Source: Patescibacteria group bacterium
GTDB lineage: Bacteria > Patescibacteriota > Saccharimonadia > Saccharimonadales > 2-12-FULL-41-12
NCBI GenBank assembly: GCA_038064875.1
Contig: JBBTSC010000001.1
Location: 635,004-699,003, forward strand
Direction of reading: 5' to 3'
Length of the DNA: 64,000 bases
The position numbers were made by a program, and so were the translations under genes. Within the stretch, counting starts at the first letter, position 1. Every line of letters begins with the position of its first letter. This document shows positions 24,859 through 33,816 of the stretch, in pieces. Under the pieces are notes generated by a model. That model was not told where the DNA came from, ran no database searches, and was given only the letters and a program-made list of their open reading frames with translations.

Positions 24859-27419
24859 TAGCTCCCGGCTCCGTATCTTTCTATCTGCGAAGCTACAAGC
24901 TCTTGTTCTTTCTTTAGTTCAATAATTGTATCCTTTGTCTCTTGAACTAATTTATCAGGGGCTTTTTCCAGATAATTCTTATTTGCGAGTCTTGATTCCA
25001 AAATCCCAATCTGTTTTTTAATATCAGCCAACTGCTCAGCCAATTGTTTATTGAACCTCTCAGCAGTGTCAAAGTCGATATCTAGCCAGCATTTCTCCTC
25101 GGTACTTATCAGAGAAAGTCCTCGCCCGTCTTGGACACTTGCTACATTATCAAGATTGGCAAGGGCGCCAATTAGATTAGACTGTGATGATATGAAGGGC
25201 GCACGAATATAGTACAGATTGCCTTTTTTGATACGAAGAGCTGTTTTAATATGTCGAATCTCTGACACTACCTTTTGAACTTTTGCAAAATCGTTAGATT
25301 TGCCATCAGAAAACTCAGCAATATTTGGCCAGGGTTGATTTATCAGCAGACTATCTTTATCTGGGTGCAGTGTTTGCCAGATAGTTTCAGTCAAAAATGG
25401 CGCCAACGGATGAGCTATTTTCAGAACGGAACTCAGCGTATGAGCCAAAATAGAGGCATTTTGAGCGGTTTTTGAAGCTTCTATGTACCAATCCGCAAAA
25501 TCATCCCAAACGAAGTGATATAGCACGTCGTAAGCTTCACTGAGCCGATAATTTTCCATGTACTCATCTATCTGAGTTACCGTTTGCGCCAATCTAGATA
25601 AAATCCAATGATCGGCTTCAGTTTTTGGCTTCGGATCAAAGCTTTTCAATGGTTTTTGGTCTAACTTATCTTCGACAAATCTGGCAATATTCCAGATTTT
25701 GTTACAAAAGTTCCTGGCTTCTTCTACTCTTCGACTATCATAACCTCTGTTGACTCCTGCACTTCGCCCAGCCAACAGCCCCATCCGCAGAGCATCTGAG
25801 CCGTATTTTTCAATTACAGGCATTGGGTCTATTACGTTGCCGACAGATTTACTCATTTTTGACCCATCTTCAGCCATCACATAGCCGTGAATGTAAACTT
25901 CACTAAAAGGAATCTCACCCTTTTCGTACAGCCCGAGCATGATCATTCTGCTTACCCATGGCTGGAGTATTTCTCCACCAGTCTCCATCAGGCTATTTGG
26001 ATAAAATTGTTTTTGGTCTTCGCCGGAAAGTGTTGCATAGGGCCAGGAAGAGCTAGTGAACCAAGTATCGAAGACATCAGGGTCACGTCTGTAGGTCTTG
26101 CCATCTTTTTCAATCTGTTCTTTGTCAATTTCGTCGCAGTAAATCCAGTCTTCATTATCACTGATATTCACAAAAGCCGGTATTGGTACGCCCCACGCGA
26201 TCTGCCTGGAAATATTCCAATCTCTCAGATTTTCGAGATAGGCAATCAACTGAGTTCTTCGGGTATCTGGATAGAAAGTAATTTTCTTTGCTTTTAGGAC
26301 TTTTATAGCTTCTTTGGCCAGAGGTTGCATATCAACGAACCATTGCTCTTTGACCATCGGTTCGATCACCGTGCCACATTTGTAACAGTGGCCAACGCTG
26401 TGCAAATGGTCTTTAATTTCTACCAAGAGGCTATCTTTTTCCAAATCTTCCACTACTTTCTTACGAGCGGATGCAACATCCAGGTCTTGATATTTCTCTG
26501 GCGCATTATGGTTAATCTTTCCGCTATGACTAATAACTTGGATCATAGGCAGATCATGTCGCTTCCCTACCTCAAAGTCGTTGAAGTCATGAGCTGGAGT
26601 TATCTTGACCGCTCCTGTGCCGAAATCTTTATCAACGTAGGTATCAGCAACAATAGGAATCTCCCGTTTCGTCAGTGGCAAGTGAACAGTCTTCCCTACC
26701 ATCTCCTTATACCTCGGATCTTTTGGATGAACCGCTACGGCTGTGTCACCTAGCATGGTCTCAGGTCTTGTAGTAGCAACTATAATCTCCCCACTACCAT
26801 CAGTCAGAGGATACTTGATAGACCAGATTTTGCCATTAACTTCTTTGTGCTCTACTTCGATATCAGCAAATCCAGTACCGTGAAATGTGCAGTAATTAAC
26901 TAGTCGCTCACTTCGGTAGATGAGCCCCTCGTCCCACATTTTCTTAAATGTTTTGTAAGCTTGGTCAATTATCTTTTGGTCCAGTGTAAAAGTATATCGT
27001 GTCCAGTCACAACTCGCACCCATTAGCCGAATTTGTTTTTCAAATACACCTCTGTTATCGTCTACAAAATCCCAAATCTGGCTGTAGAGCTCTTCCCTAC
27101 TAAAATCAAATCTGCTTTTGCCGTCTTTTGCTAGTTGTTTTTCGTAGACAGACTGTGTTTCAAATCCAGCATGATCAGACCCCGGGAGATATAAAGCGTT
27201 CTTGCCCTTGAGTCTGCGGTGCCGAATCACCGCATCCTGAATAGCCACCGTGAGCCCCATGCCGATATGCAGATTCGCATTGGCATTTGGTGGAGGCATA
27301 ACGATAGTAAATGAATCTTTCTGACTTCCCTTTTTCGGCGTGAAGGCGCCAGCGCCTTCCCACAGATCGTAGATATCAGATTCGTATTGCTGTGGTTCGT
27401 AGTTCTTGGCCAACTTCAT
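24858..27419 (-). CDS. valS: Valine--tRNA ligase
   Basis: HIGH-type motif PPPNANANLHIGMG, KMSKS (SKMSKSVGN) and a C-terminal coiled coil. I chose ATG 27419 (MKLAKNYEPQQYE) over the track start 27488. Confidence 0.95.
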   Translation of the reverse strand: MKLAKNYEPQQYESDIYDLWEGAGAFTPKKGSQKDSFTIVMPPPNANANLHIGMGLTVAIQDAVIRHRRLKGKNALYLPGSDHAGFETQSVYEKQLAKDGKSRFDFSREELYSQIWDFVDDNRGVFEKQIRLMGASCDWTRYTFTLDQKIIDQAYKTFKKMWDEGLIYRSERLVNYCTFHGTGFADIEVEHKEVNGKIWSIKYPLTDGSGEIIVATTRPETMLGDTAVAVHPKDPRYKEMVGKTVHLPLTKREIPIVADTYVDKDFGTGAVKITPAHDFNDFEVGKRHDLPMIQVISHSGKINHNAPEKYQDLDVASARKKVVEDLEKDSLLVEIKDHLHSVGHCYKCGTVIEPMVKEQWFVDMQPLAKEAIKVLKAKKITFYPDTRRTQLIAYLENLRDWNISRQIAWGVPIPAFVNISDNEDWIYCDEIDKEQIEKDGKTYRRDPDVFDTWFTSSSWPYATLSGEDQKQFYPNSLMETGGEILQPWVSRMIMLGLYEKGEIPFSEVYIHGYVMAEDGSKMSKSVGNVIDPMPVIEKYGSDALRMGLLAGRSAGVNRGYDSRRVEEARNFCNKIWNIARFVEDKLDQKPLKSFDPKPKTEADHWILSRLAQTVTQIDEYMENYRLSEAYDVLYHFVWDDFADWYIEASKTAQNASILAHTLSSVLKIAHPLAPFLTETIWQTLHPDKDSLLINQPWPNIAEFSDGKSNDFAKVQKVVSEIRHIKTALRIKKGNLYYIRAPFISSQSNLIGALANLDNVASVQDGRGLSLISTEEKCWLDIDFDTAERFNKQLAEQLADIKKQIGILESRLANKNYLEKAPDKLVQETKDTIIELKKEQELVASQIERYGAGS

Positions 27420-27481
27420 ATACAGAGCATTATAACAGATTAGGAACATCTTCAAACAACCTATGTATAAGTCAAAGACTA

Positions 27482-27510
27482 TTGACAAAATAGCAAATAT
27501 TTGCTATTAT
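27482..27510 (+). promoter_or_regulatory. Consensus promoter with a 16-bp perfect palindromic operator in the spacer (copy 1)
   Basis: TTGACA (27482..27487), a 17-nt spacer and TATTAT (27505..27510). The palindrome TAGCAAATATTTGCTA spans 27491..27506. The 25 nt TTGACAAAATAGCAAATATTTGCTA recur exactly at 30919. Confidence 0.7.
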
Positions 27511-27547
27511 ACTGAACGATACATCAAAACAAAAAGGAACAACGACA

Positions 27548-28147
27548 ATGCCAAGAAAGCAACCAAAACATAATAGATCACCAATCATAGCTACAGGCTT
27601 GGTAGTAGGGGCTGTAAGCCTATTAGCAGGACATGAAATTGGGCAGAATACTGGTAATGCAAATCGTGTTCCACCTCTTAAAAACGTACCTTCGCGTGCT
27701 GATCTCGGAGAGGCTACTATGACACAACAGGCAGAATATCTTGATGCTAAGAGACTAGAGCAAACAGCTAATAAGGTGAGTAAGCTCACTCCGGAATCTG
27801 TTGCAAAAGCCAAGGATGTGTCTGATGTAGCATCTAACATTCAGGATGTACTTTTTGGGTTGCACGCAAAAACAGGGGCAGAAATGCCAGAAATAGCTGA
27901 TGAGTACTTGCAAGAAGGAGTTATTGAGGCCCTCAACGCTCAAAATATCTACTTTTTACCGAGGGAAGATGATAGCCCTCATTGCTTCAATATGTTTAGC
28001 AAAACAGACGCTAATAATGTCGAAAGTGTTTATGTGCCATATCTGAGCCCAGACGACCCAAGTGTTCGTATTGGAGAAGTTGTGGCTGATCCTCGAGAGC
28101 AACAGCGTTCAGTTGTTGGTAAAAGTGCTGTCCATATAAATCAGTAA
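27548..28147 (+). CDS. Hypothetical single-pass membrane protein
   Basis: 199 aa with a basic N-terminus and a TM (IIATGLVVGAVSLLAG). I recognise no motif. It is driven by promoter/operator copy 1. Confidence 0.6.
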   Translation: MPRKQPKHNRSPIIATGLVVGAVSLLAGHEIGQNTGNANRVPPLKNVPSRADLGEATMTQQAEYLDAKRLEQTANKVSKLTPESVAKAKDVSDVASNIQDVLFGLHAKTGAEMPEIADEYLQEGVIEALNAQNIYFLPREDDSPHCFNMFSKTDANNVESVYVPYLSPDDPSVRIGEVVADPREQQRSVVGKSAVHINQ

Positions 28148-28362
28148 CCAGTTCTGTTTGAACGTGGAAATAGGTAAAAAAGCATACATCAATATAGGCC
28201 TTTGAGTGCTCGCTTGCAAAAGCTTATATCGTCATACCCTTGAATGTCAGTTTTGGCTTTTATTTTTCGCGCCCGGGGTAGCTACCCAGTTTGCTTTTTC
28301 GTACGTTTTTGTTTTCAATTTTCAGTATATTCCTAAAACATAAGCGATGCAAGTATAATTTT

Positions 28363-29427
28363 TTACATCTGTAAAGATGGCTCAATCTGCAGAGATTCGT
28401 AATTTGTCACTCGTCCCTTATTCTTGTAGATTTGGTAGCCTAGTGAGGCTATCATCGCGCCGTTATCTGTGGAGAGTCTTGGATCGGTCTCATGTAGCCT
28501 GGATCCAAACAGTTCATGCGCACGCACGCGTAAATACTGATTGGCAGAGACGCCACCTGTGATAATAATACTCTTCGGGTTGATCCCTTTTTCTGCCTTT
28601 ACTAGCTTATCCAGCAATGTTTCGATAGCAGTGTATTGGAAACTAGCTGCGATGTCAGCCTTCTGGCCATCTGATAAGTGTTTGGCGAGCTCAAAACTAG
28701 GGAAGGAGTGATCCTTACCAACCTCTTTTTGAGCCAGACGAAGAACAGCAGTTTTAAGTCCTGAAAAGCTAAAGTCATAAGGAAAGTCAAGTCGAGATTT
28801 TGGCAGGGCGTAGGCCTGGGGATTACCCTTCTTTGCTAACTTGGCAATACTTGGCCCACCCGGGTATGGCAACCCTAAAATCTTGGCTACTTTATCAAAG
28901 GCTTCGCCAACAGCATCGTCTCTCGTTTGGCCCAAAATAGTGTACTCAAGAGGGCTTTTGTAGTGAACAATTTGAGTATGTCCACCACTGACAATGAGGC
29001 AGAGGGCAGGGAACTCAGGTGCGCGTTCGGGTAGTCTAAGATCTAGCATGCTCTTAGTTAGAAAATTTACTGCCATGTGTGCTTGAACGTGGTTTACGGG
29101 AATGAGGGGTTTTGTGTGCATCTGCCCAAGGGTTTTGGCTGTCATCACCCCCACTAGCAAACTTCCACCTAGCCCTGGCCCATATGTCACAGCTATGGCG
29201 TCGATATCGTCCCAAGTGCACCCCGCTTGCGCGAGCGATTGTTCCAGCACAGGAATCATATATTCTGACTGTGCCCTGGCTGCTACTTCTGGCACAATGC
29301 CCCCATACTGCACGTGTGCATCCATAGAAGATGCGACAACGTTTGATAGTAGTTCATTGCCACTACGAACAATGCCCACACTGGTTTCATCACAACTCGT
29401 CTCTATTCCTAGCACTATCACAACCAC
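28363..29427 (-). CDS. tsaD: tRNA N6-adenosine threonylcarbamoyltransferase TsaD (Kae1/Gcp family)
   Basis: GIETSCDETSVGIV at the N-terminus, the metal-binding H-x-x-x-H context (VNHVQAHM) and SGGVSANQYL. GTG start. Confidence 0.92.
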   Translation of the reverse strand: MVVIVLGIETSCDETSVGIVRSGNELLSNVVASSMDAHVQYGGIVPEVAARAQSEYMIPVLEQSLAQAGCTWDDIDAIAVTYGPGLGGSLLVGVMTAKTLGQMHTKPLIPVNHVQAHMAVNFLTKSMLDLRLPERAPEFPALCLIVSGGHTQIVHYKSPLEYTILGQTRDDAVGEAFDKVAKILGLPYPGGPSIAKLAKKGNPQAYALPKSRLDFPYDFSFSGLKTAVLRLAQKEVGKDHSFPSFELAKHLSDGQKADIAASFQYTAIETLLDKLVKAEKGINPKSIIITGGVSANQYLRVRAHELFGSRLHETDPRLSTDNGAMIASLGYQIYKNKGRVTNYESLQIEPSLQM

Positions 29428-29613
29428 GCACCGCCTTTGCCTGCTAGCTCGCAGAGCGAGCTACTCTGCAAAGCCTCTTGGACTACAATAAATTTTTCTT
29501 TTGAGATACTCCCTTCACTGTACTGTTGGTACAGCTCGGTCTGTTTCTCAAAGAGAAAATTCATTCTAGTCTCAAGTGCGGTGGCTGTGATCATCTCTGG
29601 TATTATATGTCAT

Positions 29614-30903
29614 ATGAAGATGCTCAAGAAACTGGTTAGAAAGATCTTCCCAAAGCAACTTGCTGAGGGTTTGGCTGACGCATTTCGTTTTATAAGGGGT
29701 TGGTTCTGGCGAGCGTATTATGGTTTTCCAAGTGTTGGGCAGAAGATCATTGCGGTCACTGGCACCAACGGCAAGACTACAACTGTTAGTTTTATAAATG
29801 AAATGCTTAAAGCTAGTGGTCAGAAGACAGCGGTTTTGACCACTGCATATTATGAGATTGACGGGAAAAAAGAGTTCAATGCTACTCACAGGACACTGGG
29901 TTCACAGAAAGATGCTCAAAAATTTCTAGCCAAAGCACGAAAGGCAAATGTCGACATCGTGATCATGGAGATTACTAGCCATGCGCTCGTACAGCGCAGA
30001 GTAGAGGGGCTTAAATTTGAAGGGGTAGCTATAACAAATCTAGCTCAAGACCATCTAGATTATCACGGAACAATGGAAGAATACGCACGAGCAAAATCCC
30101 TTGCCATAACAGATTATGATGCGCAGTGGGTGGTGCTAAATGCGAGTGATGAATGGTTCAAATTTTTTAAAGAACGCGTTAGCAAAAACCAGAAGTTAAT
30201 AACGTTTGGCGAGACAAAGACTGCAGATATTCAGCTCAAATCATATGCGAAAAATGCAACCCAAGTTGCGGTAGAAATCAGTGATGATGGCAATACTCAG
30301 GAATTTGATATCCAGCTCATTGGCAAATTCAACGTGCTCAATGCAGTGACAGCTTATGCGGTTGGATCAGCCCTGGATCTTGATCCTAAAAAGGCAGGAG
30401 AGGGTCTAGGCAATCTGATAGGTGTTGATGGGCGGATGGAAGAGATCAAAGAGGGCCAGAACTTTAGGATATTTGTAGATTATTCATATGCATCTGATCA
30501 ACTGGCAAGTGCGATAGAGGCAGGCAGAGAAATAGCCGGAGATGGGAAAGTCTCTGTAGTGTTTGGCGCGACTGGTGATCGTGATCAAGCCCACTGGAGA
30601 TTGATGGGAGAAGGCGCGGTTGGGGCAGACAAAATCTATCTAACAGATGATGAGACTTACCAAAATGACCCTGACGTTATCAGAAAAACAGTTATGGAAG
30701 GCATCAAATCTAAGGGAACAAAAGCGGTAATAACAGAGATACCGGACAGAAAAGAAGCCATAAAAACAGCATTTTCAGAAGCTGAGTCAGGAGAAATTAT
30801 TATACTTGCTGGCCTAGGACATCAGGACTACCGAGATATGGGGGGCAAGAAATTGTCTTGGAAAGAAGCCGAAGTAGCCCGGGAACTTCTCTCACAAATA
30901 TAA
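29614..30903 (+). CDS. murE: Mur ligase family protein, MurE-like
   Basis: ATP-binding loop AVTGTNGKTTT, and the DGRME motif characteristic of MurE-type ligases. I chose ATG 29614 (MKMLKKLVRK) because the track start 29437 overlaps the tsaD upstream region. Confidence 0.8.
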   Translation: MKMLKKLVRKIFPKQLAEGLADAFRFIRGWFWRAYYGFPSVGQKIIAVTGTNGKTTTVSFINEMLKASGQKTAVLTTAYYEIDGKKEFNATHRTLGSQKDAQKFLAKARKANVDIVIMEITSHALVQRRVEGLKFEGVAITNLAQDHLDYHGTMEEYARAKSLAITDYDAQWVVLNASDEWFKFFKERVSKNQKLITFGETKTADIQLKSYAKNATQVAVEISDDGNTQEFDIQLIGKFNVLNAVTAYAVGSALDLDPKKAGEGLGNLIGVDGRMEEIKEGQNFRIFVDYSYASDQLASAIEAGREIAGDGKVSVVFGATGDRDQAHWRLMGEGAVGADKIYLTDDETYQNDPDVIRKTVMEGIKSKGTKAVITEIPDRKEAIKTAFSEAESGEIIILAGLGHQDYRDMGGKKLSWKEAEVARELLSQI

Positions 30904-30918
30904 CAAGCTAAAGCTTAC

Positions 30919-30947
30919 TTGACAAAATAGCAAATATTTGCTACTAT
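30919..30947 (+). promoter_or_regulatory. Consensus promoter with the same 16-bp palindromic operator (copy 2)
   Basis: TTGACA (30919..30924), a 17-nt spacer and TACTAT (30942..30947). The palindrome TAGCAAATATTTGCTA spans 30928..30943. Confidence 0.7.
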
Positions 30948-31013
30948 AGGTCTTGTAAATATAAAACAAAACAAATACAATATAAAATTCACAAAAATTA
31001 ATAAGGAAACCCC

Positions 31014-31667
31014 ATGTTACAAGGAAGCAATAACGAACCAACTCAATCACAAGACTCAGCTATAGATAGCACAGCTAAAACACCTGCTGAGAGGCAAGGT
31101 AAAAGAAACGACCATGCAGGAGAGCCTAGCACGGAAGGAGCTATAGATCATTTTGCACAAAATCGATTCGCAAAATACGACGGACCTGGAGGTGTAGACA
31201 CAGGTGATGACCCTTCGGTTGGTCTCGGTAAAGAATTACATGAACGTCGAGATGAAGCAGAAGAAGATCGAAAAAAGAATGCACGTAAGAATAAAGTCGT
31301 TGCCACTGTATCAGGTGTAGTTGCAGTAGGCGCATCAATAGTTGCTGGAGTGATGCATAATAATGATGGTGATGTTTCTACTACTCCTCTGAGAGACGGT
31401 GATAAACCGGCTCTGTCTGTGCCTAATGATGCTTCGTTAGCGCCAACTCAACCAGCGCAAGTTAGATATAATGGTGTACACACTGCCGACGCACCAATGC
31501 AATCTAATCTACCAACAGCACCAGAGGACAGAGCCTTCGGACAAGAGCTAGCTGAACGGAACAAACAATCCGAGCAACGAGCTGCCGATGCTCTCAATGA
31601 AGTGACAGGTGGCGCACCTGCATCTGACCCAGCTGAAACTGGTGGCGCAGCCCCACAAACTCAATAG
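31014..31667 (+). CDS. Hypothetical single-pass membrane protein with disordered flanks
   Basis: 217 aa with an acidic, disordered N-terminal half and a central TM (VVATVSGVVAVGASIVAGV). The C-terminal part is P/A/Q-rich. It is driven by promoter/operator copy 2. Confidence 0.6.
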   Translation: MLQGSNNEPTQSQDSAIDSTAKTPAERQGKRNDHAGEPSTEGAIDHFAQNRFAKYDGPGGVDTGDDPSVGLGKELHERRDEAEEDRKKNARKNKVVATVSGVVAVGASIVAGVMHNNDGDVSTTPLRDGDKPALSVPNDASLAPTQPAQVRYNGVHTADAPMQSNLPTAPEDRAFGQELAERNKQSEQRAADALNEVTGGAPASDPAETGGAAPQTQ

Positions 31668-31689
31668 AATATTAATTCTTGACTCGTAT

Positions 31690-31716
31690 CTAGCACTCGC
31701 TTGCGTTGAGTGCTAG
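31690..31716 (+). promoter_or_regulatory. CIRCE (HrcA operator) upstream of groES-groEL
   Basis: CTAGCACTC-N9-GAGTGCTAG, against the CIRCE consensus TTAGCACTC-N9-GAGTGCTAA. It overlaps a candidate promoter (TTGCGT 31701..31706, 17 nt, TATTCT 31724..31729). Confidence 0.9.
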
Positions 31717-31802
31717 ATTTTGCTATTCTATCCTCAATTGGGTTTGTGTGCAGTGCGAAAGTACGCAAATTCATTTCTAAAATCTAAAGAGGAGGGAGTT
31801 AT

Positions 31803-32069
31803 ATGTCAGTTCCTATAAAACCATTGTCAGATTATATTGTGGCAGAGTCTGAAGTTGCTAGCACAAAGACTGCTAGTGGTATTTACCTGCCGGAGTCAGC
31901 AACAGAAAAACCTAAAGTTGCCAAAGTGGTAGCTGTAGGTGCGATGTCAAAACAAGTTAAAGTTGGCGATAAAATCGTCTACAAAAGCTACAGCACTACA
32001 GACGTAAAAGTCGAAGGCAAAGATTATATTCTAGTCCGAGAAGAAGACATATTAGCAACGGTTAAATAA
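31803..32069 (+). CDS. groES: Co-chaperonin GroES
   Basis: 88 aa, with IKPLSDYIVAE...ASGIYLPESA (mobile loop) and VGDKIVYKSY. A strong RBS (GAGGAGGGAG) is present. Confidence 0.95.
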   Translation: MSVPIKPLSDYIVAESEVASTKTASGIYLPESATEKPKVAKVVAVGAMSKQVKVGDKIVYKSYSTTDVKVEGKDYILVREEDILATVK

Positions 32070-32088
32070 AGGGAGATTTGAAGAGATT

Positions 32089-33777
32089 ATGGCAAAGAAA
32101 GTATTTTATGATGACGATGCACGGCGAAGGGTCCTAGAAGGCTCTAGAATCCTTTATAATGCCGTAAAGACCACGATGGGGCCAAAGGGCCGAAATGTGG
32201 TGATAAGCAAGTCCTACGGTAGTCCTACGGTCACTCATGACGGAGTTACAGTCGCAAAAGGCGTGGATATCGCTGATGTAGACGACGAAACACTTGGTTA
32301 CAAGGTTGGCGCGGAGCTTATCAAACAAGCTGCTAACAAAATGAATGATGTAGCTGGAGATGGTACGACTACTGTCACTGTGCTTACTTACCATATCTTG
32401 AAAGAGGCAAATCCGCTGATCACTGCTGGACATAACCCAATGTTGCTCCGAAAAGGCTTAGAGTCTGCATCTAAAGAAGTAATCGCCAAGCTTAGCACTA
32501 TGTCTGAGGATATCAAGGCTAGCAAAAAGCGTGTAGCGGAAGTCGCGACTATTTCTGCAGGTGACTCTGTGATTGGTGAGCTGATCGCTGATGTGATCGA
32601 CAAAGTCGGCAAAGACGGTGTCGTGACAGTAGAAGAAGGTCAGGGTCTTGAGCTTGAAAGTGAAGTTGTCGAAGGATTTACTATGGACAAAGGCTTCGTC
32701 AGCCCATACATGGTGACTGACACGACACGGATGGAAGCGATTATCGACAAGCCATCTATCCTAATAACAGATAAGAAAATCAGTTCTGTGCAAGAAATTT
32801 TGCCAATACTTGAGAAACTCGCACAGACAGGCAAAAAAGATATCGTGATCATTGCTGATGATTTAGAGGGCGAAGCTCTCGGGACATTAGTACTTAACAA
32901 ACTAAAAGGTGTGCTAAATATCGTAGCTATTAAGGCTCCGGCTTTTGGTGATCGCCGAAAGGATGTATTGCAAGATATTGCAATCCTAACTGGTGGTGCG
33001 GTGATTTCTGAGGAGCAAGGGTACACATTTGAAACTGCTGATATTTCTATGCTTGGAAGTGCCAGAAAAGTTATTGTTACTAAAGACGAATCAACAATAA
33101 TCGAAGGCTCAGGAGCAAAGAAAGAAGTTGAAAAACGAGTCAAACAAATCAACGAACAAGCAAAACTAGCAACAAGCAAATATGAGAAAGAAAACTTAGA
33201 ACAAAGACGAGCAGCTCTTAGTGGCAAAGTCGCTGTGATCAAGGTTGGTGGTGCATCAGAGACCGAAATTGAAGAAAAGAAATTCCGTGTGGACGACGCA
33301 GTAGCAGCTGTTAAAGCTGCACTTGACGAAGGAATAGTTCCTGGTGGCGGGAAAACACTAATTAATCTAAGTCTATATCTTGCTAATAAACATTCTCCAG
33401 TCAAGGGCATAGAAATGGCTAAGATATTTGCCGAACAAGGAGTAATTACTGGAAATCCTGGCATGGATATTCTCATTAAGGCACTAAACCGCCCGTTCAT
33501 AACTTTAATGAACAATGCTGGCTATAGTCCCGCAGGCTATATCCAGGACATCACTAAAAAAGATGGACTTGGGGTTGATGTTAATACTGGAAAAATTGTT
33601 GATCTCAAAACTACGGGAGTTATTGACCCAACTCGAGTTACTAAAGAAGCTATTCAAAATGCCGTTTCTATCGCAGGAACTGCCATGACTATGGGTGCAC
33701 TCGTTGTAGAAGTTCCAGAAAAAACCCCACCAATGCCAGACATGTCCGGCATGGGCGGTGGCATGATGGGCATGTAG
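32089..33777 (+). CDS. groEL: Chaperonin GroEL
   Basis: AGDGTTTVTVL, GIVPGGG and a C-terminal GGM repeat tail (MSGMGGGMMGM). Confidence 0.97.
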   Translation: MAKKVFYDDDARRRVLEGSRILYNAVKTTMGPKGRNVVISKSYGSPTVTHDGVTVAKGVDIADVDDETLGYKVGAELIKQAANKMNDVAGDGTTTVTVLTYHILKEANPLITAGHNPMLLRKGLESASKEVIAKLSTMSEDIKASKKRVAEVATISAGDSVIGELIADVIDKVGKDGVVTVEEGQGLELESEVVEGFTMDKGFVSPYMVTDTTRMEAIIDKPSILITDKKISSVQEILPILEKLAQTGKKDIVIIADDLEGEALGTLVLNKLKGVLNIVAIKAPAFGDRRKDVLQDIAILTGGAVISEEQGYTFETADISMLGSARKVIVTKDESTIIEGSGAKKEVEKRVKQINEQAKLATSKYEKENLEQRRAALSGKVAVIKVGGASETEIEEKKFRVDDAVAAVKAALDEGIVPGGGKTLINLSLYLANKHSPVKGIEMAKIFAEQGVITGNPGMDILIKALNRPFITLMNNAGYSPAGYIQDITKKDGLGVDVNTGKIVDLKTTGVIDPTRVTKEAIQNAVSIAGTAMTMGALVVEVPEKTPPMPDMSGMGGGMMGM

Positions 33778-33816
33778 CTCATCTACTTTACAGAAACTTA
33801 ATAATCTGATATAGTC

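Noticed and set aside
28201-28225. GAGTGCTCGCTTGC, which resembles one arm plus spacer of the groES CIRCE element.
   Set aside because: Only one half-site is present and there is no inverted partner, so it is not a functional CIRCE by sequence.
32640-33515. A 291-aa ORF antisense to groEL, and similar long antisense ORFs at 5806..6324, 7818..8243, 8613..8942, 1524..1970 and 35704..36195.
   Set aside because: They lie entirely inside well-supported genes on the opposite strand. Their composition is low-complexity and S/A/L/F-rich, and they have no RBS or motifs. These are typical shadow ORFs of the opposite reading frame.
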